This document shows positions 7,325-15,967 of a stretch of DNA of 37,718 nt, in pieces (positions within the stretch are counted from its first letter, which is position 1; the number at the start of each line of letters is the position of its first letter). Both the position numbers and the translations under genes were made by a program. The stretch is from contig JAYVMS010000009.1 in the NCBI GenBank assembly GCA_043758815.1, forward strand, positions 1-37,718, read 5' to 3'. The notes below the pieces were generated by a model that did not search any database, was not told where the DNA came from, and saw only the letters and a list, made by a program, of their open reading frames with translations. The DNA is from a bacterium. GTDB lineage: Bacteria; Patescibacteriota; Minisyncoccia; Phycocordibacterales; UBA6899.

Positions 7325-10300
7325 CTACTTATCAGTATCTGATGTATCACCAAGCTGCGAACGGGCGAACATTTTCGCAAACGGACTTTCTTCTTCTTTG
7401 ATTGCGGGTGCTTGCGCTTGTGGTAGAGTAGAAGTAGGTTGCTGGGATAGAGCAGATTGTGGTGGGCTTACAAATACCTGAGTGATCTGAGGCAAAAGCG
7501 GAGGTTGTGGTGTTTCGAGTACTTGAGTTTGCACTGGGGGGGCGACCGGAGGTTGTGAGGCAACATTCGCAAAGGCTTGCGCGAATTGATGCTGCGGCGC
7601 GACCTGAGGAGCTTGCGCCATCTGTTGTGTTGGGGGTAATACTAGTGTTGCTTGCAGTGGTGCTGCCACTTGAGACTGTACTTGAGTTACTGGGCGTGAC
7701 TGAGGAGGCGGTGTGGGCGCAGCTTGCTGAGGAGCCGCTGGCTCGGGACGCGCAAGGTATTTTTTCATGACTGCGTCGTCGACAGTTGCGCGGTCTTTGC
7801 CGAACTTGAGATATGAAAGATTTTTTATTTGCTCGACCACTTCTGGAGTGCCTGTGGGCGGCGGCATGGTTTCAATATTAAACGGCGGTACTGGTTTGCC
7901 GTTAATAAGCATCTTGAGATACGCATTATGATTGTCTATCTTCATGATGTCTGAGGCCTTGAAGATCGGGGCGAACTGCGATTCAAGAAATTGCGCATCT
8001 TCGGCGCCAACACGAAATACTGCCATCGAGCCAACGTTGCCGAACACCGCATCCTTTATACCCGGATCAAGCTGGGCGATGAATTGATGCGCGACATTTA
8101 GCGAGAGCCCATATTTGCGCGCCTCTGAAAGTATCGACGATATGGAGTCGGTCGAGATATTCTGGAATTCATCAATATAGAGATAAAAGTCAGGAAGTAT
8201 TTTCCCTATCGCATCAACGCGGGAGAGTGCGGCCATAAGGATCTTGCCGACCAACACCAGTCCGATAAGATTGGAGTTAATTTCACCGAGCTTACCTTTG
8301 GCGAGATTCACAAGAATGATCTTCTTGTTGTCCATGATATCGCGGAAGTTGAATGATGACTTTTCCTGCGCAATGATTGGACGCATCACGTCATTTGAAA
8401 GAAATATATCAAACTTGTTTGTAATGTATGGCACCATGTTAGCGAGCGAGGACTCCCCTGTCGATTTGCCAGCGATATCGCGCCAAAACTGCACCACGAT
8501 AGGATTTTTGCAACGTGAAAGTTTCAGATTCCTGAATGACACATCGACAAGTACGCGCGGGATCTCGAGCATGGTGTTGCCGGTCTCGGGATCTTCCATC
8601 ACCAAGAGTGTCGAGTAGCGGAAGTATTGTTCGAATGCGGGGCCCATCGACTCTGGCGTCGAAGAATAGAGTTTTTTGAAAATAGAAAGCATTTCATTGA
8701 CGACGAAAATTTTCTGCTCGGGCTTTGTGATATCGTACTCGAGCATATTGAGCGCAAATGGCCGTGCTGTATATGACGGATCAAAATAAATGACGTCATC
8801 GATGCGTTCCTTAGGGATATTGGCCAAAATATCTTGCACGTCAGAACCGTGCGGATCAATGAAGCACACCCCCTTACCAGCCTTGATGTCCTCGACAATC
8901 ATATTCTTGAGGAGCGTGGTCTTACCGGTACCGGTCTGTCCGATGACATAGAGATGTCGCACGCGATCCTGCTTGGTCATGCGAATCTCATGTGTCTCAC
9001 CGCGATATTTATTAACCCCGAGCAAAGTTCCCTCATGCGGAAGATCAGAAGGCGCTGGCGCAGACGACGCCTTCACGGTCTTGAGCTGTGGCGCATCTTT
9101 CTGCGACATTCCTGCAGGAAGGTGATAAAGCGTGGCAAGCTCCTTCGTGTTGAACACCAGCGCCTCGTTATCATCGACTTCGCGATAAGTGAAGTTATGC
9201 AAGAGCGTCGACAAGCGTGCCTTATCCGCATGTGTGAACTTTATGCCGTTTGCTTGTGGTCGTGCGAATTGATTAAATGCTGATTCGATGGAAAGTCGTA
9301 TCGCCTCAGCACGCTCTCGCGTTGGAGCAGAGACGACAAGGCGGAGATTGGCGATCAAAAGTGGGGATTGGATCTTTTCTTCCATCAGGGCAGTAGCTTT
9401 CTGTGCGGAATCAGCTTCTTTCGCGTCAAGCGTACTGTCTTTCTTTTGTCCTTTTACTTGTGTATTGAAAAACTCACTGAAGGTCTTCACGATAGCTCCT
9501 CCTGCAGAGAGTGGGATATCGGTCGCGCGTTTTACCGGCACTCCCTGCTTTATCTGCCCTAACGCATGCTTGACCTTATTGACCACACGGTCAGAGTCAG
9601 GAGAGATTATCAACTGTAGCGCCGCACCCTCACCATCGCGTTCAATCTTGGTAAACGAATTGAGAATAACGGCGAAAGGATCCTGCTCACTATCATCAGA
9701 CATCTTGATGGGATAAACAAAGCGATTGGTCACCTCCGCATATGAGCCAATTGACGCACCGAATTCATTGAAGATATTGTAGTCCCCCGGATGCTCCTCT
9801 ATCTTTGCTGTGGGAAACGCGCCCAAAATCTGCTTCACAAAAAGATCCTTCATGTGCTCCTCAACTGCAATATAAAACACAATATCATTTGAGAAATTTG
9901 AAAGCACGAGCTCAAGAGAAAAGTGTCCGTATTGTGACTTCGATGCACCCTCAAGCGGTATCATGCCAACATAGAAGCGCTCCATTTCTAATATGACGTC
10001 TTTAAAAGACAGCACCTTCTCCCCTTCCTGCATTCCTGCGAACGGAAGCGTGACCTCATACACAACCATATGCAAAAGCATCGACAGATCGCGCTCTTTT
10101 TCGAGTCCAGGAACAATTGCTCCTGTTCGTACATACTCGACAAGTACGCGATGAAAATCATCTTCAATGTGCGGATTGCCAAGGGCTTGAGACAACTTAA
10201 TAGCAGAAAGCACGCCTTTCTCCGCAAGTATCTTGTAGATCTCACGCATCTTTTCGCGATGAGGAAGTGAGCCGATATGCTCAACCACAGTTTCGAATTG

Positions 10301-10531
10301 AGGATTATCTACGATGAGGTGTTCCTCCAGCTTGGTTTCGGGCATCTGCTTTCCGTATTCGGTGATGGTCGCAGAAATTGCCGCCTCAGTCTTATTCGCG
10401 GGAGCAGTCTGCTCTTGCCACATCGCACTCTCTTTGTGTGCGACCTGCTCACGCAAATACTTCAACTCTTCTTCGGGAGAAGAAAATTTTTGCGATTCAT
10501 TATATTCTCTGGGAGCTCCTCCATTTTCCAT
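7325..10531 (-). CDS. VirD4/TraD-like (type IV coupling protein family) P-loop ATPase. It is soluble, with an unknown N-terminal domain and a P/Q-rich C-terminal tail.
   Basis: Walker A is HLYVIGQTGTGKTTLL (8918-8941). Walker B is DFYLYIDEFQN (8161-8190). ARKYGLSLNVAHQFIAQL is typical of TraD/VirD4 coupling proteins. No TM helices are present. The last ~140 aa are P/Q/A-rich low complexity. Confidence 0.8.
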   Translation of the reverse strand: MENGGAPREYNESQKFSSPEEELKYLREQVAHKESAMWQEQTAPANKTEAAISATITEYGKQMPETKLEEHLIVDNPQFETVVEHIGSLPHREKMREIYKILAEKGVLSAIKLSQALGNPHIEDDFHRVLVEYVRTGAIVPGLEKERDLSMLLHMVVYEVTLPFAGMQEGEKVLSFKDVILEMERFYVGMIPLEGASKSQYGHFSLELVLSNFSNDIVFYIAVEEHMKDLFVKQILGAFPTAKIEEHPGDYNIFNEFGASIGSYAEVTNRFVYPIKMSDDSEQDPFAVILNSFTKIERDGEGAALQLIISPDSDRVVNKVKHALGQIKQGVPVKRATDIPLSAGGAIVKTFSEFFNTQVKGQKKDSTLDAKEADSAQKATALMEEKIQSPLLIANLRLVVSAPTRERAEAIRLSIESAFNQFARPQANGIKFTHADKARLSTLLHNFTYREVDDNEALVFNTKELATLYHLPAGMSQKDAPQLKTVKASSAPAPSDLPHEGTLLGVNKYRGETHEIRMTKQDRVRHLYVIGQTGTGKTTLLKNMIVEDIKAGKGVCFIDPHGSDVQDILANIPKERIDDVIYFDPSYTARPFALNMLEYDITKPEQKIFVVNEMLSIFKKLYSSTPESMGPAFEQYFRYSTLLVMEDPETGNTMLEIPRVLVDVSFRNLKLSRCKNPIVVQFWRDIAGKSTGESSLANMVPYITNKFDIFLSNDVMRPIIAQEKSSFNFRDIMDNKKIILVNLAKGKLGEINSNLIGLVLVGKILMAALSRVDAIGKILPDFYLYIDEFQNISTDSISSILSEARKYGLSLNVAHQFIAQLDPGIKDAVFGNVGSMAVFRVGAEDAQFLESQFAPIFKASDIMKIDNHNAYLKMLINGKPVPPFNIETMPPPTGTPEVVEQIKNLSYLKFGKDRATVDDAVMKKYLARPEPAAPQQAAPTPPPQSRPVTQVQSQVAAPLQATLVLPPTQQMAQAPQVAPQHQFAQAFANVASQPPVAPPVQTQVLETPQPPLLPQITQVFVSPPQSALSQQPTSTLPQAQAPAIKEEESPFAKMFARSQLGDTSDTDK

Positions 10532-10650
10532 GCTAGTTATAGTATATCAGGAGAAAAACACGGAGGATATACACGTGTAGGGATACCTCTTGAGCTTATC
10601 GCTTTTCACTGTTTGGGGTCATGCGACTGATGCGTAAAATCGGTAATTGC

Positions 10651-12258
10651 CTAAGAATATATCTCGTCTTTCTTTTCCTTGAGTACTGAGGAGAAGGTGT
10701 CGAAGAATTGCAATATAAGCTTGAGTGGGATCTCGATGAAGAAGTCCATGAAGATGGCGATGAGATTCAGGCGTTCGAAGCGCACCACAAGCCATCTTCC
10801 GACTGAGACTATTGGGAGCATGAGTAACTCTGCGAGCGAGCGCAGGAAACCTTCGCGTGCGCCCGTAAGCTCCATTCTGCGGGCCGCATAACGTATACGG
10901 AATCCAAAATAAAGCACGAGCGCGAGGAAGACGAGGAAGAATCCGATGTCGATGTAATGAAATCCAAGACTGAGAAGTGTCCGCGTTATCCATGCAAATG
11001 TTGCTCCAAGGACTGCTACATAGAGCCCAAGTGCGATATCGGAAATGATACCAAAACGCTTTAGCGTAAGGGTAATTTGCGGAAGTGGTCCTCCATAGAC
11101 AATATCTTTAACCAAAAGAGTGAGACGATCGGTGTTTTGCTTGGATGGCAAAGCGAGACCCGAGGTGAGCATGAAGAGCATTGCCGGATGAAAGAAGATA
11201 TTCGTCGCGACTGCGACATAGTTGATGCTTGCCTTCCACACTGACAAATAGAGCGACTCAACTACGACAGCGAGCAGTGTCTTGGTGGCAAAGATATAAA
11301 TGATGGCTTGCCATGCTCGACGTGATGCGCGCGAAACATCTTGTTTGTATTTTTCGACGATCACCGCTCGAACGCGTGTTTCAAAATCCGCACGATTGGT
11401 GATGAGTGTTTCGACACCTGTATCATAATGCTCGAGCAGTTCGTAAAGCACCGAGACCGCGATGGAGTAATTGCGCAGGCGTGGCTGTAGGCGTTTGCCA
11501 AGGTCATGCTCAATAATGCTCTGTGCGTGTGTGATGAACTCTGGAAACACGGCAGCGAGCTGTATAAGTGTTTCAGTATCCGCATTTTCCCAATTGGGAT
11601 AGTGCACAAGCCATAATTTATATAAAAGTAAGGCACTATCCGCCGCAAAGAGTGACCGCCAAGCAGTGGCGTAGACGACAAGCTCGCGTGAAGCATTATC
11701 AAGTGTGATCCCTGTTGTAACGAGGGTGTCGTCGGTAATGCGTGCAAGCAGTCGCACCGATGCCTCTTCATTGTGTGTGAGATAGAGTCGGTCTTCGATA
11801 GCACCGGCCACGATATCGAGGAGATATTTGCGCAACTGCAAGAATTCGGGAACGGAAACACTCGCTTCGATGGCACTCGAAAGCAGAAGAAACGCTGATA
11901 TCGTTCGGCGGACATCTTCTTCGCGATGGCGGGTGACGCTTGCCTTTGAGAGGTAGTGCCCGCGATAGAGATCTTGCAAAAGTCCTTGCGTGATGACCTT
12001 CGGGTCATCAGAGAACCACATAATACGTTTTGCGATCCGCCTTATGGCATAACGCCGCAAAAAATGCTCTTCTTTGTTGTCGACCGCATTGCGGATCTTT
12101 TCATAGACTATTCCAGCCTGATCAGAAATCTGACTCAAAAAAAACGGCGCACTTTCTTCGCTTCGCTCGCGTGACTCATCTTCGATCTCGGTTGCGCGAA
12201 GAAAGGCAAGTACGTCCGACATTGCAGATCCGATCTCGATTTTAGACTCTGGTACCAT
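10651..12258 (-). CDS. Polytopic membrane protein of unknown function, with a ~330-aa helical soluble N-domain and at least 5 C-terminal TM helices
   Basis: Long ORF. The C-terminal hydrophobic segments include AIIYIFATKTLLAVVVESLYL, IALGLYVAVLGATFAWI and IGFFLVFLALVLYFGF. The start is ambiguous. The ATG at 12258 is preceded by TATAAT plus 7 nt. The alternative GTG at 12309 overlaps the map stop (GTGA). Confidence 0.75.
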   Translation of the reverse strand: MVPESKIEIGSAMSDVLAFLRATEIEDESRERSEESAPFFLSQISDQAGIVYEKIRNAVDNKEEHFLRRYAIRRIAKRIMWFSDDPKVITQGLLQDLYRGHYLSKASVTRHREEDVRRTISAFLLLSSAIEASVSVPEFLQLRKYLLDIVAGAIEDRLYLTHNEEASVRLLARITDDTLVTTGITLDNASRELVVYATAWRSLFAADSALLLYKLWLVHYPNWENADTETLIQLAAVFPEFITHAQSIIEHDLGKRLQPRLRNYSIAVSVLYELLEHYDTGVETLITNRADFETRVRAVIVEKYKQDVSRASRRAWQAIIYIFATKTLLAVVVESLYLSVWKASINYVAVATNIFFHPAMLFMLTSGLALPSKQNTDRLTLLVKDIVYGGPLPQITLTLKRFGIISDIALGLYVAVLGATFAWITRTLLSLGFHYIDIGFFLVFLALVLYFGFRIRYAARRMELTGAREGFLRSLAELLMLPIVSVGRWLVVRFERLNLIAIFMDFFIEIPLKLILQFFDTFSSVLKEKKDEIYS

Positions 12259-12305
12259 CTCTTCTATTATAACGTGCTTTTCGCGGGAGTACTCACCGCT
12301 AAAGA

Positions 12306-13067
12306 TCACTGCGTAACGATCTCAGAGCCTTTATCGGTAATGACAATAGTGTGTTCAAAATGTGCAGACAGAGAGCCGTCTTCTGTAACAATGGTATAGC
12401 CGTCAGGCATCATGCGTATATCTTCGGAGCCCAGCATGAACATTGGCTCTATGGCGATAACCATCCCCGCTTTCAATATCGGGCCATTACCTTTTTTGCC
12501 ATAATTGGGGACGTAAGGGTCTTCGTGTACCTTATGCCCTACTCCATGACCGCCAAGTTCTCGCACGAGACCATAACCCTTCGATAGTCCGATACGTTCA
12601 ATCGCAGCACCAATATCACCGATGTGCCCTCCTGCGCGCGCAGCTTTAATACCAGCATAAAGGGCTCGCTCTGTCTCAGCAATGAGCGTCTTCAGCTGTT
12701 CGGGGACATCACCCACAGCTACGGTGAGTGCTGCGTCGGTGATCATGCCCTTATGCAGAACCCCAAGATCGATACTTACCAGATCACCGTCTTTGATGAC
12801 TCTGTCACTTGGGATGCCGTGCACGATCTCATCGTTTATCGACACGCAAAGCGATGCAGGAAATGGCTGGCGTGCGCCATGTGGAGTGTAGTTTAAAAAT
12901 GGCGGAGTATCCCCCCCTTCTCGAATAAGACGCTCGGCCACCTCATCCAAATATTTGGTTGTGACTCCCACTTTTATTTCTGCTTTTACCGCATGGAGAA
13001 TACGACCCAAGCGCTTTCCTGACTCGCGCAAGGCTACGATCTCTTCCGCAGTCTTTAATTTTGCCAT
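12306..13067 (-). CDS. map: Methionine aminopeptidase type I
   Basis: MAKLKTAEEIVALRESGKRL..., plus the metal-ligand context DLVSIDLG, GHGVGHKVHE and IAIEPM. It follows adk, as in other bacteria. Confidence 0.95.
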   Translation of the reverse strand: MAKLKTAEEIVALRESGKRLGRILHAVKAEIKVGVTTKYLDEVAERLIREGGDTPPFLNYTPHGARQPFPASLCVSINDEIVHGIPSDRVIKDGDLVSIDLGVLHKGMITDAALTVAVGDVPEQLKTLIAETERALYAGIKAARAGGHIGDIGAAIERIGLSKGYGLVRELGGHGVGHKVHEDPYVPNYGKKGNGPILKAGMVIAIEPMFMLGSEDIRMMPDGYTIVTEDGSLSAHFEHTIVITDKGSEIVTQ

Positions 13068-13293
13068 TTAAAGATACTACCATGTCCCACAAAAGAAAAA
13101 AGAGTCTCAGAATTTCTGAATAATGCTGATTTTCGATGTAGTACGAAGTCTTGGATAAGGATAATTAACAAACTGAGTGATGCGGTTTTGAAATGCAGTA
13201 TGAGGCATCGAGGAAGTGACACCTATGAGGTGTATTCATATACATCGAATAGGTTCACGACGATGATAGCGAAATAATGCATTCAAAACCGCA

Positions 13294-13899
13294 TCACTCA
13301 CCGAAGACATTGGCAATGATATCCCTCTGCACCTCCTCAATTGACCCCTCCCCATTTATCTCAATGAAATCATAGTCACGGTCACGGCGGTAATGATTGA
13401 TAGTTGGAAGCACGTCGTGATCGAACCAATCGAGTCTGCGATTGATACTTTGCTCGGTGTCGTCAGTGCGTCCCTCTTTCTCGGCGCGTGCCATAAGATG
13501 CTTGAATGACCACTCGCGATGTACCTTGAGATAGATAACTGTTGGCTGTTCACGTTTAAAGAACTTCATTGCAATATCAAGGTGATGCGCTTCAGAAAGA
13601 GTACGCGGCGCACCGTCTAAGATGATGTGTTCATTGCCGGTGAGATTCTTAACAAAGATATCTGACCAAAGCCACATCGCAAGAAATGACGGTTGTAACC
13701 CTCCATGCTCCTGCACTTCGCGTGCAATATGCGAGGCGTAGGTATTACCCTTGATGAACTCCCTGAAGTGCTCACCGGTTTGCACATAAAATATGGGGAT
13801 TTCCGGAGTTTTTTTCTTAAAGTAGTCTTTTACCAGAGCCACTTGAGTGCCCTTGCCTGACCCTGAAGCACCGATAAATATAAAAGTTTCTTTATGCAT
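13294..13899 (-). CDS. adk: Adenylate kinase family nucleoside-monophosphate kinase (short-lid form)
   Basis: P-loop FIGASGSGKGTQ, ILDGAPRT, and the syntenic position between secY and map. Confidence 0.85.
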   Translation of the reverse strand: MHKETFIFIGASGSGKGTQVALVKDYFKKKTPEIPIFYVQTGEHFREFIKGNTYASHIAREVQEHGGLQPSFLAMWLWSDIFVKNLTGNEHIILDGAPRTLSEAHHLDIAMKFFKREQPTVIYLKVHREWSFKHLMARAEKEGRTDDTEQSINRRLDWFDHDVLPTINHYRRDRDYDFIEINGEGSIEEVQRDIIANVFGE

Positions 13900-13950
13900 G
13901 TGGAGAGTATAACCACATATCTCGATAATTCAAAATTACTCTACGAAAGA

Positions 13951-13979
13951 TTGACAGTGCACATTATCTTATATATAGT
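13951..13979 (+). promoter_or_regulatory. Near-consensus promoter of the plus-strand orphan gene
   Basis: TTGACA (13951-13956), a 17-nt spacer, then TATAGT (13974-13979). It lies ~25 nt upstream of an AAAGGAG SD and the ATG at 14005. Confidence 0.5.
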
Positions 13980-14004
13980 TTTCCGAGAAACAAAAGGAGT
14001 TGCA

Positions 14005-14382
14005 ATGCCCAAACGCTCAGTCTACGACAAAACCGCTGATCTCATCGCACAAGAACCAAGCGAAGTACTCCGTGCTGTCCTTGAACGGCCCTACTGGCCA
14101 AGACAGCTCGATGTCGGCATCTCCTACACCCGACTCGGTGACGACAACCGTGGTGAGGTGACTGTTACCATAGCACCTGACGCTGACGCTTGGATAACGG
14201 TGTTCTCAAGGCTCGACCCAGAAGAGTGCGGTCTTTCACACCGCTTCCGCTCTGGCTTCGGTGGTGGTGAGAGCGAGCGTGTCCGCAATGCACTGTTGGC
14301 GCTTGCGCTTGCTATTAAGCTCGACAATCGCGAGCGACCACAGGATCATAGACGCAAGATCCCACCTGATGCTCCGAAATAA
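14005..14382 (+). CDS. Orphan hypothetical protein (125 aa) inserted antisense between secY and adk
   Basis: Internal ATG of track ORF 13894..14382, with SD AAAGGAG 5 nt upstream. It has its own promoter and its own terminator. I recognise no family. Confidence 0.65.
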   Translation: MPKRSVYDKTADLIAQEPSEVLRAVLERPYWPRQLDVGISYTRLGDDNRGEVTVTIAPDADAWITVFSRLDPEECGLSHRFRSGFGGGESERVRNALLALALAIKLDNRERPQDHRRKIPPDAPK

Positions 14383-14394
14383 GTTCCTTCAATC

Positions 14395-14423
14395 ATAACT
14401 GCACTTGGTGCAGTTATTTTTTT
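14395..14423 (+). terminator. Intrinsic terminator of the orphan gene
   Basis: ATAACTGCA cttgg TGCAGTTAT (9-bp stem) followed by TTTTTTT. Confidence 0.7.
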
Positions 14424-14448
14424 CATACCTGCATCAAAATAATTGAGC

Positions 14449-14478
14449 AAAAAACAAAAACAGCCTTTTGGGCTGCTT
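14449..14478 (-). terminator. Intrinsic terminator ending the secY transcript
   Basis: The minus strand reads GCAGCC CAAAA GGCTG followed by TTTTTGTTTTTT. It lies ~155 nt downstream of the secY stop. Confidence 0.55.
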
Positions 14479-14631
14479 TGCTAGAATTTAAATTAAACGA
14501 CAGCGGTGTTTACTTTTTTGATGCAATGCGAAGTCCTGGAGCGCTTCGGTGTTCGAGGGGGTGTATGAGTGATACATCCTCCGAACCCGAATGCGGGAAG
14601 GACGAGTAGTGCGCAAAAAATAGACGCCGCT

Positions 14632-15906
14632 CTAGTACTCGCGCATTGAGAGCTGTGCATCCATCTTCTTGATGAGATCAAGCACCACTGAGACAACAAT
14701 GAGCAGTGCGGTACCGCCGATAGCGAGCTTGGTGTCGCCGGTGATAGATTGCATAGCAAGTGGCAAGACTGCAACGACTGAGAGGAAGAGTGCGCCGGCA
14801 AATGTCGTGCGCGTAAGTATCTTTGCGAGATGCTCTGCGGTCGCATTACCTGGGCGAACTCCCGGAATGAACGCACCTGACTTCTGTAGATTCGTAGCAA
14901 TTGCTTCAGGATCGAAAGTCACTGCGGTGTAGAAGTAGGTGAAGAGGAAGACAAGGATAAAGTAGAAACCTGAGTAGACCCAGCCTTGCGTGAAGTGAAG
15001 CTTTAAGAATTCTCCAATGTGCTGCGCGGTTGGATTTGCAAGTCCAGAAAGAAAACCACCGATAAGCTGAGGGAAAAGCAATATAGAAAGTGCGAAGATG
15101 ATAGGAATGACACCCGCCTGATTAACACGAAGTGGGAGGTAGGTTGAAACTCCGCCGTACATCTTTCCACCGCGCACGCGCTTGGCGTAGGTGATCGGTA
15201 CGGGGCGCTCAGCCTCGGTCATGACAATAACACCTGCGACAATGGCTACTGCTGCGAGTACGAATGCGAGATAAGTAGGGATTTCCGCCTGATTAAAGCC
15301 TGATGCCAAGATCTGCGATGTTGCGGTGGGGATACGTGAAACGATACCTGCGAAGATGATAAGCGAGACACCGTTTCCTACGCCGAACTCAGAGATGAGT
15401 TCACCGAGCCACATAAGGAAGACCGAGCCAGCTGTGACAATTATGACGTTTGAGAACATTTGAAACGGATTGAGCGTACCCAAAACACCTTGGTGGGCCA
15501 AGAGAATGAGAAGACTGTATCCCTGAAGCAATGCCAGGGGTATGGTAAGCAGACGAGAGTATTGCGTGAATTTCTTGCGACCAAGCTCGCCTTCCTCGTG
15601 ATACATCGCCTTAAGCTTAGGCGACATCATAGTGAGTAATTGCATGATGATAGAACCCGTAATGTAAGGACCCACACCGAGCATAACTATAGAGAGGTTA
15701 GAAAGGCCTGAACCAGAAAATACGTTCAAAAGTCCGAGGAATTGGTTGTTCTTGAAGAATTGATCGAGCGCAGCGTGGTCAACTCCCGGAATAGGGACTG
15801 CAGCGGCGATACGAAATACCACGAGTGCACCTATGACAAAGAAGATGCGATTGCGAAGCATCGAATCACTCATCATCAGTCGTAATTTGTAGAAAAAATT
15901 GTTCAT
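14632..15906 (-). CDS. secY: Preprotein translocase subunit SecY
   Basis: A 424-aa polytopic protein with typical SecY sequence (GVGPYITGSIIMQLL, GVIPIIFA), directly after rplO. Confidence 0.95.
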   Translation of the reverse strand: MNNFFYKLRLMMSDSMLRNRIFFVIGALVVFRIAAAVPIPGVDHAALDQFFKNNQFLGLLNVFSGSGLSNLSIVMLGVGPYITGSIIMQLLTMMSPKLKAMYHEEGELGRKKFTQYSRLLTIPLALLQGYSLLILLAHQGVLGTLNPFQMFSNVIIVTAGSVFLMWLGELISEFGVGNGVSLIIFAGIVSRIPTATSQILASGFNQAEIPTYLAFVLAAVAIVAGVIVMTEAERPVPITYAKRVRGGKMYGGVSTYLPLRVNQAGVIPIIFALSILLFPQLIGGFLSGLANPTAQHIGEFLKLHFTQGWVYSGFYFILVFLFTYFYTAVTFDPEAIATNLQKSGAFIPGVRPGNATAEHLAKILTRTTFAGALFLSVVAVLPLAMQSITGDTKLAIGGTALLIVVSVVLDLIKKMDAQLSMREY

Positions 15907-15967
15907 AGATTACTTTGAAGCGAGAGTATTGCAACAGAAAAACCGAGTATGTCTCAATGCGCTCCTT

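Noticed and set aside
13894-14004. The 37-codon N-terminal extension of track ORF 13894..14382.
   Set aside because: It would overlap the adk start and run through the orphan gene's own promoter. The internal ATG at 14005 has a well-spaced AAAGGAG SD.
14493-14900. A 135-aa minus-strand ORF overlapping the secY 3' end.
   Set aside because: It is out of frame with secY, Ser/Cys/His/Arg-rich, and has no start signals. It is a by-product of the secY coding sequence.
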